The position numbers were made by a program, and so were the translations under genes. A stretch of DNA of 63,574 nt, filler included, from Collodictyon triciliatum (Eukaryota), in the NCBI GenBank assembly GCA_043381765.1. It is 9 parts of 9 records of this genome, joined end to end, with 100 filler letters (N's around TTAATTAATTAA, not from the genome) between each part and the next. Parts side by side here need not be neighbours in the genome. Positions count along the whole stretch, not along the records: positions 8,834 to 15,029 come from JBHJMP010003305.1; positions 15,130 to 21,923 come from JBHJMP010003308.1; positions 22,024 to 30,753 come from JBHJMP010003309.1; 6 more parts are not named here. The stretch is one strand, 5' to 3'. Under the pieces are notes generated by a model. It was not told the origin of the DNA, did not search any database, and worked only from the letters and a program-made list of their open reading frames with translations. Shown one piece after another: positions 12,487 through 22,683 of this stretch. Within the stretch, counting starts at the first letter, position 1; the number at the start of each line of letters is the position of its first letter.

Positions 12487-13291
12487 ATGACTAACGCCAT
12501 CGATCTGGTCAGAACCGCAGCCATGAGCGCCGCACCCGCCCTGCTTCTCTGCCTCATCGCAGCCACTGTGCTCATCGCCGCCCGCGCCCATCCGCATCCG
12601 CACGCTGCCCAGTACGACCACAACCACAACCACAACCACTTCTATGGCCACAACCACAACCACAACCACAACCACAACCACAACCACAACAACCAACAAG
12701 CAGCTGCTCTCTCCAAACTCAATCCCGCCGAAACTATGCGCCTTGTCCAACGGGCCTTCCGTGTTGCCCACAGCATGGACTCCAACAAAGCGGCCTCATT
12801 GAACCCTGAGCAGGTTCCGTACTGTCATCACTAACACCATCATCATTATCATTATCATTATTATCACTATCATTATCATTATTATCATCGTCATCGTCAT
12901 CGTCATCATTATCCCTATCACTATCATCATCTCCCGCAACACTCACGCATCACAGATGTTTGAGCTCTTGCAAGAGTCTGCCTGCCAGCCCCACTGCCCA
13001 GTCTGCGGAATGACTGTGACCTCTGCAAAGAACCGCCTCCTCATCAAGAACAACCAGTACCTGTACTTCTGCTCAGGCGGCTGTCGCGATACTGCTCTCC
13101 AGACCCCGGATGCCTATGTGCTGGCAAACAACACTCTGCCCATCCCCGAGTGCTTCCTTGCCCAGGAGCATCACTGCCCAGTCTGCAACATGGACACGAC
13201 TGTCTCCCCCTCGACCAAGCACATCCAATGGGCTCACGGTTCGACTCCCACTCATATTACACTTTGTATCACCACCACCATCATCACCACC

Positions 13292-13322
<31 letters not shown>

Positions 13323-14702
13323 CCGTCATCATCACCACCATCATCACCATCATCACCACCTCAACCCAGGTCAGCGCTCCTTCGTCTGCGACATGTCGGT
13401 CGACCACAGCGAAAGCATGCGGCAGGAGCTTTCCCGCTACGTCAGCGCCCTCCCCAGCGAGTGCCAGTCCGTGCAGTGCCCCGTGTGCAAAATGTCCATC
13501 ACGCCGGGCCCGTCCTCGCCGACCGTCGAGTTTGCCAACGGCCAGGTCCTCAGCACGTGCTCCAGCGGGTGCCAGACAAAGCTGCTGCAGACGCCGGAGC
13601 GCTACCTGGACCCTGCCGCAGACGCCCAGCGCATCCCACCCTGTGACGACGGCAAGAACATCGCGTGCCCGGCGTGCAGCGACCGCTTCCTGGCCCGCCC
13701 CACCACCCCGGCCCTGGCGTTCCTGGGCGGCCAGCGCATCTACACGTGCTCCCAGGCGGACGGCTCCTCCGACCTGCCGCTCATCCAGGCCGACATCCAG
13801 CGCTTCATCACCACAGACATCCCACCCATCGACGATGACGACGATGACGGTGGCGACATCGACCCGCCCACAGGCTCGCGCTGCCCGGTCTGCGGCATGG
13901 ACCTGCCCTCCGACCCCGTCTACCAGGGCCTCAACTACGGCCAAGCCGTCTACTTCTGCTCCACAGGCTGCAAGGACAGCTTTGTGGCCGACCCCACCCG
14001 CTACTTTGGAACCAGCGGCGGCGGCGGAGCGGGCGGCCACAGCATGGCCATGTACTTTATCAGCTCCACAAGCGCGACCATTCTCTTCAAGGAGTGGGAA
14101 GTCTCCTCCGCCAGTGGCTATGCCGCCTCCGTCGTTGCCGTCTTTGCCATGTGTCTTGCCCACGAGCTCATCGCCGCCCTGCGCCATGTCCTCTACCTCA
14201 GGGTGAAGGAGAACAGGCCCCAGAAGATTGTCTATGCATCGACGGGTGCTCTTGGGTAAGCCTGATTTATGCTACGTGATATTTATTTTTCTATTCTTCT
14301 GTATCAAGTTGTGCGTTTCCAAACAGGCATGATTTCTTCTTCTTCTTTTTCTCTCCCAGCACCCAATCTTCCCTCCTTGACCTCCCTGGGAGGGCACAGC
14401 TGCACATTGGCACACCCGCATTCATTGGCTTCAATCTCTCGTTTATCTAACCCATCCATTCTGACATGTGTAGCACCCTGTCCTCGTTCATCGTGCACAA
14501 CGGCCGTGTCGTGCTCGCCATTCTCTACACAATCTCGTCCATCACGTCGTTGTGCCTAATGTTGATTGCCATGACTTTCAACACAGGACTCTTTCTTACC
14601 ATTGCCGCAGGCATGGGAACTGGCTGGTACCTCTTTGGCTTCAACCGAGGCCCGGCTTCCTCAGACACTTGCTGTGCTGATTACAACGAAGTCATTGGCT
14701 AA
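12487..14702 (+). CDS. Ctr/SLC31 copper transporter with signal peptide, His/Asn tract and five tandem YHS/TRASH-like domains (~574 aa)
   Basis: Exons 12487-12813, 12956-13238, 13370-14255, 14474-14702 (GT-AG, 1725 nt, open frame; alternative ATG 12523). Ctr hallmarks: HSMAMYF..ILFKEW before TM1, MLIAMTFN (MxxxM) in TM2, GMGTG (GxxxG) in TM3. Five CPxC repeats, e.g. CPVCGM..YFCSTGCKDSFVADPTRYF. Confidence 0.88.
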
Positions 14703-14942
14703 GCATCGCCGCTCTGCGCTCCAGTACCTTTCATAACTTTCTTTCATGCGGAGCCAAACCTGCCCTCTCGAGTGCTTGTGCACCTCACGCTTGCGAAATT
14801 GTCCTCTGCCTTCCAAGCAATCAACAACACATGCAATAAAACAAAACAAAACAAAACGAAACAAAACAAAATCAAATTACCAGAATCAAAGAGAACTTAA
14901 TGATCGGCACATAACCCAAGTGCAATAAGTGGTCTGTCGTGA

Positions 14943-14980
<38 letters not shown>

Positions 14981-15029
14981 CAGGGACAAAACGCCGGGGA
15001 CAAGCAGCAGCCACCCCCCCCCCCCCCCC

Positions 15030-15129
15030 NNNNNNNNNNNNNNNNNNNNNNNNNNNNNNNNNNNNNNNNNNNNTTAATTAATTAANNNNNNNNNNNNNNN
15101 NNNNNNNNNNNNNNNNNNNNNNNNNNNNN
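15030..15129. other. Artificial scaffold-joining linker
   Basis: N44-TTAATTAATTAA-N44. Confidence 0.97.
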
Positions 15130-15162
15130 TAATTTAATAAATAAGTGAATCCTTTGATGCAG

Positions 15163-17546
15163 GTTTACGAAACCGAGTATGACCTGCTGCTGAATCCAGA
15201 TATCAACTCAAAAGCTCACACACAGTGGTTCTTTTTTTCTATATCAAACATGAGGAAAAACGTAGAATACAAGTTTAATATCATAAACCTTGAAAAGCCC
15301 AATAGCCAGTTTAATTTTGGGATGATGCCAGTCATGTACTCCACGCAAAATGCAATTGAATTAGATACGAGTTGGGTTAGGACAGGGTTTGACATATGCT
15401 ACTTTCCAAACCGATATTTGAAGGAGCGAAAGGGCAAATTCCAATCTTGGTATACGTTCTCATTCAAAGTTGTGTTCCCGCACGACAATGATTTAGTCTA
15501 TATGGCCTACCACTATCCATATTCATACTCTGATCTCCAGCGCCATCTCAGTGAAATTGAGGTTTCTTGATTTGAGTTTCCGTCATGTTTCATATCCTTT
15601 AGCACCTTTACAATATAATATCGATGACCACAAACCACGTTTTCTAAGTTTCTTTTCTTTTTGACCCCTCAGATAACTCCATATATTTCAAACATTTACC
15701 GAAGACAAACATTATGTCACACAATCGGAGGAAACGCATGCGATTTAATTACAATCACAAATTTAGACGGTACAGAATTGGTATGACCATCGTTTTCATA
15801 TACATATTACCTTGGCCTCAACTTGTTTTATTCTATTGGGATTGTACCTGGAGTGAAAGAAATAAAAACAAAAACAAAAACAAAAACAAAAACAAAAACA
15901 AAAACAAAAACAAAAACAAAAACAAAAACAAAAACAAAAACAAAAACAAAAACAAAAACAAAACCGAACCAAAGAAAACATCAATTCATTTTTTCTGGTT
16001 GACCTAACAACAATATATTCAGAACTCTTTTTTTTTTTTTTTTTAAGATTAGTCACCTGGTTTTCTACGAAATAGGAAATAATGAGTCGGAAAGTAATAA
16101 TCGTAACTGCTAGAGTTCACCCTGGAGAAACGAACAGCAGCTGGATAATGCAAGGCATTCTGAACTTTTTGGTATCTGATACTGATTACGCAAGGTAATG
16201 TCCTCAAAATTATAATTTCATGAGAGATTCTATTCTCGTTATTCATTGAGGTTGTTTCTCTCAAGTATGTAAGTGTAAAGTTAACACGAAGTGAATGTCG
16301 GAGGCAACCTCAATCTATAAACATTACTATTGCAAACACTCCCAGAGAGCTGCGAGAAAGATTTGTATTCAAAATAGTTCCTATGTTGAATCCCGACGGT
16401 GTCATCAATGGGAATCATCGCTGCTCCTTATCTGGATTGGATTTGAATAGACAATGGAGCAATCCCTCTAAATACATTACACCAACAATTTATTACACAA
16501 AGTAACCTTCTTAAGCTCACAACAACGTTATCTTTTACTTAATGAGAATCATAGATCTTATGAATCCTGTATGTAAATTTGATTCATTCACATAGGTTGT
16601 TAATGAAAAGGCTCAGAATGGAAAAGAGAGAGATATACATGTACTTCGACTTGCATGGTCACAGTCGAAAAAAATACGTTTTCATGTTTGGTTGTCACAA
16701 TGACCGAAATGATAGACTTCGAAATATGGAGAAGATATTCCCGTGGCTGCTCTCTAAAAGAACACCCATGTTTTCCATGAGAGAGTGTGATTTTGTCTTG
16801 CAAGAATCCAAGGCATCAACGGGTAGAATAGCTTTGTGGAGAGAGTTTTGCATTACCTGCTGCTACACGATGGAATCAACGTACTGCGGAACCACTACCA
16901 CACACTTTAACACTCGCCATTTGGAGGAAATGGGTCATAATTTGGTTCAAAACATATTAGATTATGATAACTTGACTGAGGTATGTCGAACATATGGCCT
17001 TTTTTCCTTCTTTTTTTTTTTCTATCACGGCAGAACAGAAAAATTAATGCCTCAAGCACTCAATTAGCATCATGATTCGAATATTGTGTGACTTTTTTTT
17101 TTAACCAGTTTGCCCCTTCCGATTTTTTCTGACAAAACAACAACACTAAACAATTATGCAGTCTGGTTTCCAGACAAATCTCGGAGAGATACGCATGTGG
17201 ATGAGCACTCACAAAGCCGAGTTAGGCAATACGTTCGTTGGCACCCCAGCAAATGCACAGCCTATGTTAAACCCTTCCCACACCCAACACGCAAACGGTG
17301 GACATAGTTTCCATTTTTATGGAGTTTCAGGGGAGGCACAATCAGATGAAGATGACGCAGCAGATGATGATAAAGGGTGCGTACAAATATTATTTTAAGT
17401 ATGTTGAGTAATTAGTCTGTGTAAACGTTTTTAAATGCAGGATGGGTTTTCGATTGGTTGACCTGCCTACTCATGAACGAGATAAACGTAGCAGAAGAAA
17501 GAAAGCTAAAAGAAAACAGAAACTAAAGCCTTATGGCAAGAAGTAG
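15163..17546 (+). CDS. AGTPBP1: Cytosolic carboxypeptidase (M14D, CCP1/Nna1-like tubulin deglutamylase); 5'-truncated, multi-exon
   Basis: [67 protein letters not shown]; stop TAG 17544-46. The specific paralog assignment is less certain than the family. Confidence 0.85.
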
Positions 17547-18249
17547 TTATTCTTTACCAAAAACCTATTATTCAAGGAGGCGTCCATTTTCTTCCAGAGG
17601 CAATAATTCAAATACAGTCTATATCTAATACATCTAATTTATATTATCAGGCTACAAACAATTACACCATGTCTATTTTCCACTAAACTGCTTTTGATAT
17701 GTTGGTCATGTTCCGCTCTCTTTTTTGAGTTGCATGTTTTATATTACTACGATTTTCAATCATACAGACACAAAGCAAGCAATAAATAACTCTCCAACTA
17801 ACAAAGAACGAATGTATTGAAGAATAATTTTTCCAGACAAGAAAGTTTTGTTATTTGATAATGACAAAAAATAATAATTGAAATTAAGAATTGACACTAA
17901 TATACGCTACATTCCGAGCGACACGCGTTCTTCGCTGCTTGTATATTTTTCTTTCTTCCAATCGACAGTTAAATTATATATTTTCTATTTTATCAATATA
18001 TATATATATTTCTTTCTCAACATTGCAAATAATTGAACTGTTATTTTTACTTGAAATGTAAGAACGCCGTTTTTGTTTTTATTTTGTTTCATATCCACGA
18101 GACATTCACTTTCGTCAGGTCGTTCGTGCATGGGGCGTCGGATTTCTTGGTGCTCCTGTTATGTAAATGGTTTAGATAAAAAAAATCATTACTTTCATTG
18201 CATAGACCGAAGAACTCGAGATGTAAGAAATAGATATGATTGTTGGTGA

Positions 18250-18462
18250 TTAGCCTTTACACGAGATGTAAGTCAGGGTGACATGCAATCCTTGAATAAC
18301 TTGATCCGTTATAATCAGTAATCTCGGTTGCTGCTGCTGCTGTTGCTGCTCTCTTTCTTTCCTTCTCTGCTTTTTAGTCTTCTTGACTATGATTTGTTGT
18401 TGCTGTTGTTGCTGCTGCTCTCTTTCTTTCCTTCTCTGCTTTTTAGTCTTCTTGACTATGAT

Positions 18463-18521
<59 letters not shown>

Positions 18522-18559
18522 GCTGTTGTTGTTGTTGTTGTTGTTGTTGCTGTTGTTGC

Positions 18560-18620
<61 letters not shown>

Positions 18621-20856
18621 GCTGTTGTTGTTGCTGTTGCTGTTGTTGTTGTTGTTTTTGCTGTTGTTGTTTTTGTTGTTGTTTTTGTTGTTGTTGTTTT
18701 TGTTGTTGTTGTTTTTGTTGTTGTTTTTGTTGTTGTTTTTGTTGCTGTTGCTGTTGTGTTTTGTTATCAGAACGAGAGCGAGGTTTGGTGGGAGGGCCTT
18801 GTGGTGGGGGGATATGTGGTGGAGGGCCTTGTGGAGGAGGGCCTTGTGGAGGAGGGTCTTGTGGAGGGGGGATATGTGGTGGAGGGCCTTGTGGAGGAGG
18901 GTCTTGTGGTGGGGGTGGCGGATTTGTCATGACAACATCGGATAATTCGAACACTCGACCTCTTCTACGTGCGTCCTGGATAAGGTCTTTGAGAGCGTCA
19001 CTTCCTTCTGAGAGAGTTTCGATGCATCCAACCATGATGAATGAAAATTGGGCCCTAGTGAGAGAAACATTGAGTCTACGCGAATCTCTCAGAAATCCAA
19101 CTTTCCGTTTTACATTCGCTCTCGTAAAAGAAAGAATAACAGTGTGGAACTCTTTTCCTTGCGAACTGTCAACGGTTTGAGCTAATTTTGGCAAGGATTT
19201 TTCGTGTAAGGCTTCATTAATTTTGACAACTTGATATCTGTAATAGCATAGTACCTTAACTTTGTCTTCAAGTTTACCAGTATACAAATCAAGTCGAGAG
19301 AGAATGCCAATAATTTTTACGATTGCCTTCACTTCCGATTTGTTGAATATCTTTTCTTGATGTAATTTTTCTATTCCATTGACATTAATGAAGGAGTATG
19401 GTGCCATCCATATTTCATGCAGCGCTCTAGTTGGGTTTTCTCTGGATTCAACGTATTCACTATCGAAAAGTTGTCCATCGTAAATGTATTCTCTTACCCA
19501 TTGACTTATTTCGGGGTCCATACGGTATTGCTCGTTTAAGGTCGAGTGAGGCTGGTTTAGATTTTCGATCAAGCGACTCATCAAAGACCTTTGATAGTTT
19601 TTACTTATGCACAAATCAGAATGGGCCAGAGGCGGTAATTGTTTTGTATCCCCCACAAACATCACTTTTGGGGGACACCTTTCAAGTGGAACAAGACTCT
19701 CAGCCTCACATACACGCCCAGCCTCATCTACGATAATAGCATCAACATGCCTGTTCCGCAGCATCCCAGAGCCCGAAGTACAAACTGTGCAGAAAACAAT
19801 ATCTGCATTATCTAATTTCTCGATTAATCGGTCAGTCTCTTTCTTGCTTCGAATATCATAAGTTGCAATAAAAATGGATCTGAGATTGGACTTTTCTGGC
19901 TTATGTTCAATGGAAGCCAAAATGTATATTTTGTGATTGGTCTCCAACTCCAAGTATTTTTCAGCCAGCAATCTCACGCCTTCATTGTGATGAACACATA
20001 TAATGAGCTGGGCATTTCTCGTTGAAACTAATGCACTTGCGACGTTAACAATCATAGTCGACTTTCCGGTTCCAGGGGGACCTTCGACAAGATGGATTCC
20101 CTGTCCCATCCTATAAAATGTGGCAGCGGCTCTTTGTTGAGAGTCATTTAAGCGACAGAAAAGAGCCACTTCTTCCTGGGTTAGTGGTTCGAATTCTCTC
20201 TGGCTTGTACCGGCCAATAATTCTGCCAGCCACCTTAGAGGAATGCCGTTTGTGCAAGTGGAATATGCTCTTTCAGCCATTACATAGCTAGAAACAGTAA
20301 AGGCATAAAAAATTTTTTCATTATCGCATATGAGAATTCTTTCGGCCATTTCGGCGTTTTTGAATGAGATAGTAACTCGGTTCTTTTCATTTTTTCTCGA
20401 TCGAACGACACCCAAAAGAAGAGAGTAGTTGTTCCTCTTATCGTGTTTCACCCTGGCATTTTCTGTCATGACAACGACGAAACTATATGGTTTGATGCTT
20501 TTTGGATCGTCGAATTTTAAAGAGGTCTCAAAATTAAATAAGGCCAAATTTCCAAATCTCTTTCCGGCGTTTACTTCTTTGACATAAAATAGGCTCTCGA
20601 ATGGGGTTTCTTCGTCGAGAACATCCAGAGTAGCGATACCTTGTTGCAGTTGCCGGCGGGTTTCTTCGATAATACAGTTCAAAAACGAATTGAAATAAGA
20701 CACAGGTTCTGTATAAACATCAGAAATGGCCTGTGTTTCACGAATCGGTTCGTAGGGCCGTCTAATAAAATCGATATCCCAATACGTAACAAAAGCGTCC
20801 AGGTTTCTGGGATACCAATCCTGAAGATCGGAATATATTGTCTCTTGGTCACTCAT
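18250..20856 (-). CDS. Upf1/Sen1-like superfamily 1 helicase (AAA_11/AAA_12) with Pro-rich and polyQ C-terminal tail
   Basis: 868-aa ORF: LNDSQQRA, GPPGTGKS, IIVDEAG, VGDTKQLPP, EQYRMDPEIS, TVDSSQGKE, RRLNVSLTRA. A short terminal exon near 17990-18156 is possible. Confidence 0.9.
18463..18756 (-). repeat. Coding (CAA/CAG)n polyglutamine tract
   Basis: (TTG)n on + strand within the helicase ORF. Confidence 0.9.
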
Positions 20857-21923
20857 TCAATTCCTTTCTGCAGCTGGTCTCGCTGGCCAAGACGTGTCTT
20901 TCAAAGGCTGCATGATGGCGAAATATTTAGTAAAACTATTGCGAGTTTCCTTATTTTCCCCCAATCCTGCTGCACATTTTGAATTTTTTTGAATTGATTT
21001 GGTTGATTTGGTGGCGATAAGAGCTACAGGAAATTCTTTCATTCATATTAATTTGCTGCTCATTCTGTGTTTAATTCTTTTTTTATTCGATCATCACATT
21101 CACACATCGAATATATATGTCCACAGTATGACCGAAAGACTTGTTCAGCCCCACACTGATATATTACAACTGTGCCGAGCACTCGTCCTGCTCAAAGGTA
21201 TGTGACTTCCTGGTTATTATTATTATTATTTGCTGATGAAACTGATTTCGAGCATCGAAATCGGATTAAGAGAAAAATAATTCGATTGTGAGCACATTCG
21301 CAGATGAGACTTTCAATCCGATCACAAGTCCGACTAAGACATTGGATGACTTATATGTGCCATCTGCTAATGAGAGCGAACGTGCTTTTTTTCTTTTAAT
21401 CTTTTCCAATTCATCGCCAATGGGGCGGATGTCCAGGCATTTGGATGTGTGATTTGTGATGCTGTCCCTCGAACGATTTATGAGGCTGAGGTGCAGCGCT
21501 CCTTATGACGGACGTTCGCTGGGTGTCAAAACTGGACAGACCACAATTCCAGATTTGATAATATTCGGTAGATGAGGGTGATGAGGAGTAGGCTTTTTGT
21601 GGAACTGAAGTTGATAAATAGGCTGAATCCAATTGTATTTGGGTTTGGGAAAAAGACGGTTTATGGTTGTGATGGTGCCCTCAGTCTTGAAGGGAATTCG
21701 AAATGTTTGATGGAGAATCATCCTGTGCAATTGTTTGTTATTTGTTTTTTTAAAAAAATTTTTTAAAAAGTGTATATTTGGTATTGTTAAATAATAACCA
21801 CAAGCATCCACTAACCTCATCCGATACATGCCTGCTGTCCATGTCAATGGGCACTGTAACGTGTGATGTGAGTGTGAGCAATCAATGGTTGTAAATTTGG
21901 TTGGTGAAAGTGGCTCAAAATCA

Positions 21924-22023
21924 NNNNNNNNNNNNNNNNNNNNNNNNNNNNNNNNNNNNNNNNNNNNTTAATTAATTAANNNNNNNNNNNNNNNNNNNNN
22001 NNNNNNNNNNNNNNNNNNNNNNN
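21924..22023. other. Artificial scaffold-joining linker
   Basis: N44-TTAATTAATTAA-N44. Confidence 0.97.
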
Positions 22024-22683
22024 ACAAAAACAAAAACAAAAACAAAAACAAAAACAAAAACAAAAACAAAAACAAAAACAAAAACAAAAACAAAAACAAA
22101 AACAAAAACAAAAACAAAAACAAGATGTAATCGTGGCGAATTTTTCGTTCAGCATTTAAATTCATTGAAAAAAGCCCGCCAAAACCTCGAAGAGAGGACA
22201 CATATATTCACTTTTGTACACTTTTTTAAAATGTCATATTCTATTCTTCGAGACCACCTACTCCTGGTCTCATAGAAGAGGACTCTTTCTGAATAGACTT
22301 TGAAATGGAGCAAACTCTAATTTTCTGAAAGCTGATTGTCGGGCTGTCAAGAAGCAGTTTTAACCAGTCTTCAGCCTGGTGCCTCATCATCTCTTCCGCA
22401 AACAGAATCTTGAACAACCAGTGTCTCGGTTGTAAGACCCATACAAATTCATAGAGCCAACAAGAATCATGAGTCATGGTTCCATGGCTTTATCTCTAGA
22501 ATACCCGTAGGAATGCACTCGTCTCTACGAGTTACTACACGACCTACTCCTTTATCAACATCCTATGATTAGCTGAAATCGAGACACAATTAAGGCTTCG
22601 CTATAAATTAAACTTTTTTTCTTCCCCACCATACTATGTCCACTAGATTTTGAAGGAGCTTTGTTAAGATTATCGGCTTAAGA

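Noticed and set aside
13239-13369. Apparent ~30-His tract in ORF 13150-14259 of the copper transporter
   Set aside because: It lies in a 131-nt GT-AG intron whose removal restores the frame and the second YHS-like repeat (IQWAHG|QRSFVC); there is no internal AG acceptor.
9825-14702. Functional link between Fanzor and the Ctr gene
   Set aside because: Only adjacency; different composition and intron status, and the element appears to end at 11843.
18328-19180. Poly-Cys/poly-Leu and GGPCG-repeat ORFs on the + strand
   Set aside because: Antisense shadows of the helicase polyQ and Pro repeats.
21405-21570. Ankyrin-like snippet FIANGADVQA
   Set aside because: Isolated, no TPLH-type motif or supporting exons, stops follow.
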